From Thermoplasmata archaeon (GTDB taxonomy: Archaea > Thermoplasmatota > SW-10-69-26 > JACQPN01 > JAJPHT01), in contig JAXDQU010000033.1 in assembly GCA_034667685.1 (NCBI GenBank), positions 1,769-65,768 of the forward strand: DNA of 64,000 nucleotides, written 5' to 3'. Positions 1-7,535 of the stretch are shown here, piece by piece. How positions within the stretch are numbered: the first letter of the stretch is position 1; each line of letters starts with the position of its first letter. Both the position numbers and the translations under genes were made by a program. The notes below the pieces were generated by a model, which was not told where the DNA came from, ran no database searches, and worked only from the letters and a program-made list of their open reading frames with translations.

Positions 1-80
1 TGATGGCGGCAAGCGAAGCGCCACGCGGAAGATGAAAAACCTCGCGGCAACGGAGGAGGTCGGGAAACAGGTTCTAGGCC
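1..80. repeat. Truncated copy (right hairpin arm plus tail) of a palindromic intergenic repeat; full copy at 2733-2875
   Basis: nt 1-80 align to 2791-2875 with a handful of substitutions and one 5-nt indel (gatgAAAAAcc vs gatgAAAAGAAAAAcc). Both copies end on the stop codon (cta on + strand) of a minus-strand secreted-protein gene (74 and 2869). The window starts inside the hairpin arm. Confidence 0.6.
35..39 (-). terminator. Oligo-T tract (T5 on sense strand) downstream of CDS 74-613
   Basis: A5 on + strand at 35-39 gives T5 on the minus strand, about 35 nt after the stop at 74. Oligo-T is the archaeal intrinsic termination signal. Conserved in the second repeat copy (2825-2834). Confidence 0.35.
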
Positions 81-613
81 ACGAGGCAGACCGGCCCTTC
101 GCCCGGAGCCTCAAAGCTCAGGTCGCAGGTGGGCTCGGTCGCGGTCCACGACCCGTCCGACTCCCAGCAGGGCCGCGTGTCGACGCCGGGGGAGGCGCCA
201 TAGCGGACGCAGAGGGTGTAGCCGAACACGGGGTCCTGCAGCGAGACGTGCCCGCCCGGAACGAGCTGATCGAGGATCTCCTGGAGCGAGCAGATCGACA
301 CCGAGCAGCAGGGCGCGCCCAGCATGCCGCAGAGCGCGACGATCGGCCCGAGGCACGCGTCGAGGTCCTCGCCCACGGTGACGTTCGTCCACACCGGCGG
401 CGGCGGAGGCGGACCGCCCGGCCCGGGCTCCGCGCGCTGCGCGAAGGCCACGACGGAGAGGCAAGCCGTCTGCACGCCCGCGTCGGGAATCGCGTTCGGA
501 TCGGGCGGCGGAGGCAGCGCGGCGGCGGACCCCGCGCCGACCGTCAGCAGCGCCAGGGCGAGAAGGAGCGGCTTGATCGGGGCCACGCGGCCCGGACGCG
601 CGCTCCCTCCCAT
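74..613 (-). CDS. Secreted cysteine-rich hypothetical protein (179 aa)
   Basis: ATG at 613 (cat 611-613). Signal-like N-terminus PIKPLLLALALLTVGAGSAAA, a poly-Pro linker and 10 Cys. Composition is protein-like, unlike the Arg-rich overlapping ORFs 32-1417(+) and 111-1031(-). Confidence 0.5.
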   Translation of the reverse strand: MGGSARPGRVAPIKPLLLALALLTVGAGSAAALPPPPDPNAIPDAGVQTACLSVVAFAQRAEPGPGGPPPPPPVWTNVTVGEDLDACLGPIVALCGMLGAPCCSVSICSLQEILDQLVPGGHVSLQDPVFGYTLCVRYGASPGVDTRPCWESDGSWTATEPTCDLSFEAPGEGPVCLVA

Positions 614-693
614 AACATCTCTCTGCAGATCGTTTCCGCATGCCGGGACGCCGGCGCGAAGCGCTTTTCTCTCCTGGCGCGCATCGCGCGGAC

Positions 694-2274
694 ATGGCGA
701 GGACGACGCGCGGCGCCACGATCGCGCTCCTTCTTGCCTTCGCCGCGCCGCTCGCGCAGGCCGCGACGAACGTCCAGGGCGATGCCGCCGCGCTGGACGC
801 GCCGCGCGTCGACGGCCCCGGCGAAGCCAGCGCCGCCATGGGCATCCTGGACCTCACCGCCGCGGCCCAGGCCGGCGCGCTGCGCATCGCGTGGTCCTCC
901 GCCAGCGGCCATCGCACGACCGGCTGGCAGGTGGGCGCGGCCGGCAACGGGTGGGGACCCGACTCGGACCGCGCTCCGATCGCATGGCCCGCGGGGAACC
1001 TCAGCGAGTTCGCGTGCGCGCGCGACTGCACCGTCGTCCTCTCGCTCCTGCCCGACGGCCAGGGGGCGATCGAGACGGGCGCGCTGGGCCTCGCCGGTCC
1101 GCTCGCCGGCGCCCCCGCGCTCGCCTCCGTGCACCGCTACGCGGCGCTGGGACCCCCGGGCTCGCCGCTCGTCGACGTGGGCCAGGACGCTTCGTGGCTC
1201 TCGGCGGACACGACGCCCGGCGCGTCCGGCCTGGGCATCGCGGGCGGGACGCCTTTCGCCCACGGCCGCGTCGCGCTCCGGATCTGGAACGCGAGCGCGC
1301 TGCGCCAGGACGCCGCGGGGGCGGAGCGCGTCGAGTCGGGCGAGCGCGTCGAGCCCGTCGTGGACGTCCTCGGGATCGCGGCTGCCCAGAACACGACGTG
1401 GACCATCCTCACGCTGACGCTGGAGGACGCGCGCGTGGAGGCGCCCTCGGGCGGCGCGCTCCTGCTCGCGCCCGCGCTCGACCTGCGCGTGCACGGCGAG
1501 GCCTCGTGGCGCCAGGCCTGGGGCGAGGTCCGCGTCGGAGGCCGCGCCACGCCCGTGCGCGGCGAGAGCCTTCACGTCGTCGGCCCCGCGCTGCGCCTCG
1601 GCCTCGCCTTGCCGGCCGCGCCCACCGCCGCCTCGCGTGGCGCGCTCTCGGGCGAGGCGAGCAGCGTGCGCGTGGCCGGACGCGAGCTCGTCCCCGCGGA
1701 CGCGCCCGTCTCGCCGGGGCAGGCCGAGGTCGTCGCGGGCGTCCTCGTGGCGGCGTCCCTGGTCGCGCTCCTGGCGCGGCTGGGCGCGTGGGCCGCGCTC
1801 TACTCCCGCGTCACGCGCTCGCGCCTGCTCGCCAACCCGACGCGCGTGGCCGCCTACGAGCGCATCCTCGCGCAGCCGGGCGTGCACGTCGCCCAGCTCA
1901 GCCGGGACGTGGGCGTGGGGCGCGTCGTGCTCCAGCACCACCTGCGCCTGCTGGAGGCGCACGGCCTCGTGGCGGCGCGCGCGCTGGGCCGCGTCCGGGC
2001 CTACTATCCGGGCGGGCGCGCGCCAGGCGCCGAGGGCGTGCGCCACGACGTCGCGCTCAAGGACGCCACGCGCAGCGCCATCCTCGCGCTCCTTGCCGGC
2101 GCGCCCCAGGGCCTCACGCAAAAGGAGGTCGCCCAGCGCGCGGGGCTCTCGCAGCGCCTCGTCTCCTACCACCTCGCCAGGCTGGGCGAGCTTGGCATGA
2201 TCGAGGGCCGCGGCGAGCGCCCGCGCCGCTTCGCGCCCGCGGGATGCTCCCCGAGCGGACCGACGCCGCCGTGA
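694..2274 (+). CDS. Membrane-anchored protein with signal peptide, ectodomain, one TM helix and two C-terminal winged-helix (ArsR/MarR-like) units
   Basis: ORF 640-2274; the ATG at 694 gives MARTTRGATIALLLAFAAPLAQA. TM-like span VVAGVLVAASLVALLARLGAWAAL. Then two wHTH-like segments: VHVAQLSRDVGVGRVVLQHHLRLLEAHGLV and LTQKEVAQRAGLSQRLVSYHLARLGELGMIE. Confidence 0.6.
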   Translation: MARTTRGATIALLLAFAAPLAQAATNVQGDAAALDAPRVDGPGEASAAMGILDLTAAAQAGALRIAWSSASGHRTTGWQVGAAGNGWGPDSDRAPIAWPAGNLSEFACARDCTVVLSLLPDGQGAIETGALGLAGPLAGAPALASVHRYAALGPPGSPLVDVGQDASWLSADTTPGASGLGIAGGTPFAHGRVALRIWNASALRQDAAGAERVESGERVEPVVDVLGIAAAQNTTWTILTLTLEDARVEAPSGGALLLAPALDLRVHGEASWRQAWGEVRVGGRATPVRGESLHVVGPALRLGLALPAAPTAASRGALSGEASSVRVAGRELVPADAPVSPGQAEVVAGVLVAASLVALLARLGAWAALYSRVTRSRLLANPTRVAAYERILAQPGVHVAQLSRDVGVGRVVLQHHLRLLEAHGLVAARALGRVRAYYPGGRAPGAEGVRHDVALKDATRSAILALLAGAPQGLTQKEVAQRAGLSQRLVSYHLARLGELGMIEGRGERPRRFAPAGCSPSGPTPP

Positions 2275-2483
2275 TGGAGCGTCCCGCGCCTAGCCACGAG
2301 CCTCAGCGGGATGGCTCCATCCGGAGGACGCGAACAGGCGACCTCGCGCCCCGCGCGCTCGGGGACGAGCTGGCCCTCGCGCGCGAGACGACCCAACGTG
2401 GTAGTGCACGAGCGTCGGCGCCTTCGCGAGCGCCTCGGCCATGGACCGGTTCGTCTCGCCCGGATGCGCCTCGACGTCGCTCC

Positions 2484-2825
2484 ATGCAGCCGATGGTGGA
2501 CACCCTGCTGGTGAACGAGACGCTGCGCCACATGGACGCCGAGGCGCGCGCGCCGGGCGCCTACTCCAACGCGCACCTGGAGCGGATGGCGATCCGCAAG
2601 ATGTTCGGCGAGGACGGGCTCGCCTCGCCGACGCGGTGCGCCGACGCTGGCGGCGAGCCTAGAGGCTGTTTCACGGCCTCTGTCGCAGCCGCGCAGGATT
2701 CTCCCCCGTGGTTGCGCCCTGTTTCGGCCGCGGCTTCGCTTGCCGCCATCACGCCAAGACGCCAACACGCGGCGTGTTGGCGTCTTGGCGTGATGGCGGC
2801 ACGCGAAGCGCCACACGGAAGATGA
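2484..2825 (+). CDS. Possible short CDS whose 3' third runs through the palindromic repeat (boundaries uncertain)
   Basis: Codons 2484 to about 2655 (atg cag ccg atg gtg gac acc ctg ctg gtg aac gag ...) have almost uniformly G/C third positions, unlike the flanks. There is no in-frame stop until 2823-2825, inside the repeat. No family recognised. Confidence 0.3.
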   Translation: MQPMVDTLLVNETLRHMDAEARAPGAYSNAHLERMAIRKMFGEDGLASPTRCADAGGEPRGCFTASVAAAQDSPPWLRPVSAAASLAAITPRRQHAACWRLGVMAAREAPHGR

Positions 2826-2875
2826 AAAGAAAAACCTCGCCGCGATGGAGGAGGTTATGAAACAGGTTCTAGGCC
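2733..2875. repeat. Palindromic intergenic repeat: 38-bp-arm hairpin plus conserved tail (second, truncated copy at 1-80)
   Basis: Arms 2733-2770 and 2772-2809 pair with a single mismatch (2740/2802). The inner 30 bp are perfect (2741-2770 vs 2772-2801). The tail 2810-2875 is shared with nt 20-80 and ends at the stop of CDS 2869-3312. Confidence 0.8.
2825..2834 (-). terminator. Oligo-T tract (T5CT4 on sense strand) downstream of CDS 2869-3312
   Basis: A4GA5 on + strand gives T5CT4 on the minus strand, 35-44 nt after the stop at 2869 and immediately before the long hairpin. Confidence 0.4.
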
Positions 2876-3312
2876 GACGGGCCCGCGTGGAGCGCGACGT
2901 CGAACGCGTCGCCCTGCGGGAACGCGAATGGGAAGCCCACGCGCAGCAGGTAGTCGCCCGGTGGCGCGTCCCAGACGCCGCTCGTGATGCCGCCGTACGA
3001 CGCCCCGCGCGGACCGCCGCCCGCCGTCTGGTGGCCGCCCGTCGCCGCGGGCTGGCCGTGGAGGTCGAGCAGCGTCGCCTCGGGCGCGAGGTTCTCCTGC
3101 GCGCTCGCCCAGGTGAGGTCGAAGCGCACGCCGCTGGCGCCCGCGGGCACGTGGATCAGGAAGCGCGCCTCGGGGTGCGCCGCGTCGAGCCGGCCCGCCT
3201 GGTCGAGCGACTCGGGCGCGCGCGCCGCCAGGCTCGACGACTCCAGCGTGGCGGCGGGGACCGTGCAGCCCGCGAAGAGGGCCGTCGCGAGGATCGCGAG
3301 CAGGACGCGCAT
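2869..3312 (-). CDS. Small lipoprotein-like secreted protein (147 aa)
   Basis: ATG at 3312 (cat 3310-3312) gives MRVLLAILATALFAGC, a lipobox-like signal. The rest of the 832-aa ORF 2869-5367 upstream of 3312 is Arg/Pro-rich and not protein-like. Confidence 0.6.
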   Translation of the reverse strand: MRVLLAILATALFAGCTVPAATLESSSLAARAPESLDQAGRLDAAHPEARFLIHVPAGASGVRFDLTWASAQENLAPEATLLDLHGQPAATGGHQTAGGGPRGASYGGITSGVWDAPPGDYLLRVGFPFAFPQGDAFDVALHAGPSA

Positions 3313-3368
3313 GGCCGGACCAACTGTGGTGGCCTCTTGCCGTTTTCGGTTGCGCACCTGGGCCGTTG

Positions 3369-4109
3369 TCACCCCGCCGCGGGGAGCGAGGCCGTCGCCG
3401 CGGCCGGCGCGTGGCGCGCGCGGTCGTGCGGCTCGAAGACGAGACGCACCGAGCCGAAGAGGCCCCGCTGGACGAGCCAGAAGTCCCGCAGGTGCTCCTG
3501 CTGCGGCAGCGGCGCGGGCTGGTCGAGGACGCGCTCCCCGACGCGCGCCTGGCTGGAGGCGACGCGCCACATCTCGACCGGGTTGGCGAGGAACCACTGG
3601 CCGTTGGGCACGCGCCCGGCGAGGCGCATCCGCCCCGCGCGCAGCATGGGACGCGCGGCGCGCGACATCGGCGCCAGGAGCGCGCGGCTGCGACCCCACG
3701 ACTCGGGCATCCAGCGGCCCATGACGCTCATGGCGCGCGTCGCGGGCGTCGAGGCGAGCGTCACGCTCCAGCGGATGCGGTCCTCGACGCGCACGTCGAG
3801 CTGCGTCGCGCTGCGCCAGTCGAGGCGGATGCGCGCCTGGCGCGACTCGTGGAACGCGCGGCCGAAGAAGCGCGGGCACGTGACCTCGTCGGGCTGGTCC
3901 GCGTAGTGCATCCAGCGGCCGTCGGGGTCGCGGTGCCAGACGGCCGTGTACGCCGGGCCGAAGGAGGAGACGGGGAAGCGGCGCAGCGCGAGCACGTCGC
4001 CCGTCGTGAACGGGAGGGCGTAGACGGCGTAGCCGAAAAGGCGGTCGCCCTCGCCCGGGGGCAGCTTCGCGTCCTTCTCGATCCGTTCCGCGACCGATCT
4101 GGGGTCCAT
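3369..4109 (-). CDS. Hypothetical cytoplasmic protein (246 aa)
   Basis: In-frame ATG at 4109 (MDPRSVAERIEKDAKLPPGEG...). Balanced composition rich in W/F/Y/H/M. The 43 residues upstream in ORF 3369-4238 are Arg-rich. No family recognised. Confidence 0.55.
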   Translation of the reverse strand: MDPRSVAERIEKDAKLPPGEGDRLFGYAVYALPFTTGDVLALRRFPVSSFGPAYTAVWHRDPDGRWMHYADQPDEVTCPRFFGRAFHESRQARIRLDWRSATQLDVRVEDRIRWSVTLASTPATRAMSVMGRWMPESWGRSRALLAPMSRAARPMLRAGRMRLAGRVPNGQWFLANPVEMWRVASSQARVGERVLDQPAPLPQQEHLRDFWLVQRGLFGSVRLVFEPHDRARHAPAAATASLPAAG

Positions 4110-4215
4110 GCGAGGAGGATCGGCGTCGCAGGCTTGGCGGTGTCGCGAGCGGGGCTCGCGGTTTTGGACACGCGCTAGCCAACGTTCTTCCTGCCGGCGC
4201 CGCGTGCCCGGGCCG

Positions 4216-5139
4216 ATGGACGCGCTCGATGTCGCCATCCTCCGCGCGATGGGGATCCGCCCCTACTCGCCCGCGCCGCGCCCGCTCGACGGGCTGCGTC
4301 CGCCCGCGCTCGCCAGGCGCCTGGGCGTCGCGGTGGACACGGTGAAGGCGCGCGTCTCGCGCATGCGCGACGCGGGGCTCCTGGCGGGCTACCGCGCGCT
4401 CCCGAACCTGCGCCACCTGGGCCTCACGGGCGAGGCGTACTTCTTCCGCGTGGACGGGCCCGCGAAGGCGCGCGCCCTCGAAGGCATCGCCGCGGAGCCG
4501 GGCCTCCTGGAGGTGCACGACATGATGGGCGCCGGCCTCTGCATCGAGATGGCGCACCGCGACGAGGCGGCGTGGCGCGCGAGCCTCCAGCGATTGCGCG
4601 CGCGGACAGGCGACGCGAGCCCCACGCCCTTCTACGACCTCCTGGTGCCCCCGGTCCGCCGCGAGCCGACGCGCCTCGACTGGCGCATCCTGCGCGCGCT
4701 GCGCGACGATGCCACGCGCGGCGCCGCGGAGATCGCGCAGAAGGAAGGGCTCTCCGCGCGCACCGTCAAGCGCCACCTCGATCGGCTGGAGGCGGAGGGG
4801 AGCATCCTCGCCGCGCCGGTGCTGGACCTGGCGAAGGCGCCCGGCCTCATCCTCTTCGAGCTCCTCACGTTCTTCGCGCCGGATGCCGACGCCGACACGC
4901 CCGCGCGCGTGCTGAAGGCGTTCGAGGATCGCGCGCTCACGGCGTTCCCGCCCAAGAGCGCGGGGCTGGGCCAGTTCGACCTTGTGCTCTGCGCGGGGAG
5001 CGTCGCCGACGTCGAGGCCGCGCGCCGCGAGGCGGGCCGCATCGCAGGCGTCGCGCGCGCCGAGACGTGGCTCTTCCAGGGCGTGCTCGACGCGAGCGCG
5101 TGGATCGACGCCGAGATCGAGAAGCGGGCGACGGCCTAG
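4216..5139 (+). CDS. Lrp/AsnC-type transcriptional regulator with two HTH plus ligand-domain units (307 aa)
   Basis: ATG at 4216. Two AsnC-type HTH-like segments: LDVAILRAMG...ALARRLGVAVDTVKARVSRMRDAGLL and LDWRILRALRDDATRGAAEIAQKEGLSARTVKRHLDRLEAEGSI. Each is followed by an alpha/beta segment. Confidence 0.65.
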   Translation: MDALDVAILRAMGIRPYSPAPRPLDGLRPPALARRLGVAVDTVKARVSRMRDAGLLAGYRALPNLRHLGLTGEAYFFRVDGPAKARALEGIAAEPGLLEVHDMMGAGLCIEMAHRDEAAWRASLQRLRARTGDASPTPFYDLLVPPVRREPTRLDWRILRALRDDATRGAAEIAQKEGLSARTVKRHLDRLEAEGSILAAPVLDLAKAPGLILFELLTFFAPDADADTPARVLKAFEDRALTAFPPKSAGLGQFDLVLCAGSVADVEAARREAGRIAGVARAETWLFQGVLDASAWIDAEIEKRATA

Positions 5140-6278
5140 GCGACCTTGACCGCGCGGAATCCCGCGTCCGCGCTCTCCGTCGGCGTGCCCTTGCCGCCGC
5201 GGTCGAGCCACATCTTGAACCGGTCGAACATGAACTCGGTGTCGCGCGGGCCGGGGCACGCCTCGGGGTGGTACTGGGACGATAGCACGGGGAGCTTGCG
5301 GTGGCGCAGGCCTTCCACGGTGCCGTCGTTGGCGTTGACCTCGGTGATGAGCACGTCCGCGGGGCACGAGGCCGGATCGACCGCGAAGCCGTGGTTCTGG
5401 CTCGTGATGTAGACGCGCCCCGTCTCCAGGTTCTTCACGGGCTGGTTCGCGCCGCGGTGGCCGAACTTGAGCTTGTACGTCTTGAGGCCGTAGGCGAGCG
5501 CGAGGAGCTGGTGGCCCAGGCAGATGCCCTGCGTGGGGTACTTCTCCATGACGTCGCGCAGCGTGGGCAGCGTGCGGCGAACGATATCAGGGTGCGCCGG
5601 GTCGCCCGGGCCATTGGACATGAAGATGCCCTCGACGCGCAGCGATTCGATATCACTGGAGGTGGCGTTCCAGGGCACCTTGTAGACGGTGCCGAAGCGC
5701 GCCTGGAGGTTGCGCACGATGTTGGCCTTGACGCCCGTGTCCACGAGCGCGACCTTGCCCTCGCCGCGGCCCTGGACGGGCGTGATCTGCTTGACCGACA
5801 CGAGGTCGACGAGGTTCTCCTTGTCGGGGAACGGCATCGTCTGCACCTTGCGCAGGATCTCCTCGGTGGAGAGCGTGTCCTCGGTCGTGATGCACGCGCG
5901 CAGCACGCCGCGGCTGCGCGTCTTGATGGTGAGCGCGCGCGTGTCGATGCCCTCGATGCCGGGGATATCATTCTCGACGAGGAAGTCGTGGAGCGTCTTC
6001 CGGCTCGCGCGGTGGCTGGGGTGGCGCGCCCACTCGTGGACGACGCACCCCCACGCCCAGACCTTGTCCGACTCGTTGGCCTCGGCGCTGATGCCGTAGT
6101 TGCCGATGAGCGGGTAGGTGAACATGAGGATCTGGCCGGCGTAGGAGGGGTCCGTGAGGGCCTCCTGGTAGCCGGTCATGCCGGTGGTGAACACCAGCTC
6201 GCCAAACCGCGTGCCCCGCGCGCCGAACGCCGATCCTTCCACGACGGTGCCGTCTTCGAGGATCAGGCGCGCGCTCAT
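5136..6278 (-). CDS. carA: Carbamoyl-phosphate synthase small (glutamine amidotransferase) subunit
   Basis: 380 aa. N-terminal CPSase small-chain motif FTTGMTGYQEALTDPSYAGQILMFTYPLIGNYG. Class-I GATase nucleophile motif GICLGHQ and QYHPE near the C-terminus. Confidence 0.95.
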   Translation of the reverse strand: MSARLILEDGTVVEGSAFGARGTRFGELVFTTGMTGYQEALTDPSYAGQILMFTYPLIGNYGISAEANESDKVWAWGCVVHEWARHPSHRASRKTLHDFLVENDIPGIEGIDTRALTIKTRSRGVLRACITTEDTLSTEEILRKVQTMPFPDKENLVDLVSVKQITPVQGRGEGKVALVDTGVKANIVRNLQARFGTVYKVPWNATSSDIESLRVEGIFMSNGPGDPAHPDIVRRTLPTLRDVMEKYPTQGICLGHQLLALAYGLKTYKLKFGHRGANQPVKNLETGRVYITSQNHGFAVDPASCPADVLITEVNANDGTVEGLRHRKLPVLSSQYHPEACPGPRDTEFMFDRFKMWLDRGGKGTPTESADAGFRAVKVA

Positions 6279-6344
6279 GTGCTGGGGACCCTGCGCCGAT
6301 TCCGGGCCCTCGTCTTCAATCTTTGCCGGGGCGCTGGACGCGAA

Positions 6345-6719
6345 TCACTGGAACGTGCCCCAGCCCGAGAGGATGCGCGGGCCCGCGGTGGCGCCGGTGG
6401 CCCAGTAGACGAAGTCGCCGCCAGCCTGCGCATGGAGCGAGCAGGCGCCGGGCGGGAACGTCTCGACGATCGGCGTGCCCATGACCTTGGGCTCGTAGCT
6501 GGGCAGCCCGCCCTTGCATCCCACGATCGCCTCGGGGAGGTCCAGCGTCCAGCCGGTCGTCTCCAGCGCGAGGGTGCCGTTCTCGGTCTGCTGGCCGGCC
6601 GCGCTGCTCCAGGTCCACGTGCCGGAGAGTCCCGCGCCCGCGGCCGTCGCCGCCATCGTCCCGCCGGCGCACGCGCTCCACGCGAGCGTCAGCACGATCG
6701 CCCAAGCCCAAAGGCGCAC
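6345..6719 (-). CDS. Small secreted/lipoprotein-like protein (124 aa)
   Basis: GTG start at 6719 preceded by GGGAGGG. N-terminus MRLWAWAIVLTLAWSACAGG (signal plus Cys). Gly/Thr/Trp-rich mature part. Confidence 0.5.
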   Translation of the reverse strand: MRLWAWAIVLTLAWSACAGGTMAATAAGAGLSGTWTWSSAAGQQTENGTLALETTGWTLDLPEAIVGCKGGLPSYEPKVMGTPIVETFPPGACSLHAQAGGDFVYWATGATAGPRILSGWGTFQ

Positions 6720-6796
6720 CCTGCACCCTCCCGGTCCTGGAGTGTCCTGCGCGGGAAGCCCCTTCGTCTGTCGCGCGGGGGGAAGACAACGCGGCC

Positions 6797-7483
6797 TCAG
6801 TGGGGAAGCGTGAGCCCCGGCAGCGCCTGCGCGATCCCGTTGAGGATGAACTGCACCGCGACGGCGGCGAGCAGCAGGCCCATGATGCGCGTGAAGACCT
6901 GGAGGCCCGAGCGTCCCAGGAAGCGGAAGAGGCGCTCGCCCATGACCAGGAGGAGGGCCGCGACGGCGAACGTCACGAGGACCGAGGCGTAGACGACGGC
7001 CTGCTCGATGCGGTCCGCGTGCGAGGCGAGCAGGATCATGACGGTGGTGATGGCGCCGGGCCCCGTGAGCAGGGGCACGCCCAGGGGCGTGATGCCGATG
7101 TTCTCGCGCTCCAGCGCGTCGGCGATCTCGGCGTCGTTGCTGTCCGCCTTGGGGCGCTCGCCCTGGAGCATGTCGAAGGCGACCTTGAAGATCAGGATCC
7201 CGCCCGCGATGCGGAAGGCCGGGATCGTGATGCTGAACACCGAGAAGATGAACTGCCCCGCCAGGCCGAAGACCACGAGCACGCCCGCGCCCACGAGCAC
7301 GGCCTTGGTGATGACGCGCCGGCGCATCGCGGCGTCGTAGCCGCCCGTGAGCGCCAGGAACGTCGGGATCACGCCGACGGGGTTCACGATGGCGAACACG
7401 CTGACCAGGATCGCGAGGAGCGCCGCCCAGTCCACGGGAAAGCCGAGCCCGCGCGGGCCTTCAACGTTTCGAAGGGGCGTCAC
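6797..7483 (-). CDS. MarC-family integral membrane protein
   Basis: Family-like sequence: LAILVSVFAIVNPVGVIPTFLALTGG...GITPLGVPLLTGPGAITTVMIL. There is no in-frame ATG. GTG at 7483 lies 22 nt downstream of TATAAA (7510-7505) and would be leaderless. GTG at 7435 is an alternative start. The ORF track's upstream extension to 7696 is Pro/Arg-rich. Confidence 0.75.
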   Translation of the reverse strand: MTPLRNVEGPRGLGFPVDWAALLAILVSVFAIVNPVGVIPTFLALTGGYDAAMRRRVITKAVLVGAGVLVVFGLAGQFIFSVFSITIPAFRIAGGILIFKVAFDMLQGERPKADSNDAEIADALERENIGITPLGVPLLTGPGAITTVMILLASHADRIEQAVVYASVLVTFAVAALLLVMGERLFRFLGRSGLQVFTRIMGLLLAAVAVQFILNGIAQALPGLTLPH

Positions 7484-7504
7484 CCGGCCCGGGGGTCGGG
7501 CGGC

Positions 7505-7510
7505 TTTATA
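7505..7510. promoter_or_regulatory. TATA box (TTTATA/TATAAA) apparently shared by divergent leaderless genes 6797-7483(-) and 7536-9152(+)
   Basis: This is the only A/T hexamer in the 52-nt gap. GTG 7536 is 26 nt downstream on the + strand and GTG 7483 is 22 nt downstream on the - strand. Confidence 0.5.
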
Positions 7511-7535
7511 GGGCCCCAGGCGAGTCGGCGCGGTC

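Noticed and set aside
324-2825. Long ORFs 324-2825(+), 544-2172(-), 32-1417(+), 111-1031(-), 2845-3906(+), 6800-9142(+), 7506-8975(-), 11578-13683(-), 12444-14729(-), 13705-15789(-), 16884-18872(+), 18779-20884(-), 18907-20829(+).
   Set aside because: All are Arg/Gly/Pro-rich shadows overlapping better-supported genes, in another frame or on the other strand.
2836-2850. GGAGGAGG followed by ATG inside the intergenic repeat (also nt 52-60), looking like an SD plus start for ORFs 2845-3906 and 32-1417.
   Set aside because: The SD-like run overlaps the first ATG (2845) and lies only 2 nt from the second (2854), so spacing is poor for either. The ORFs are antisense to well-supported secreted-protein genes and translate to Arg-rich sequence. 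The conservation is explained by the repeat element itself.
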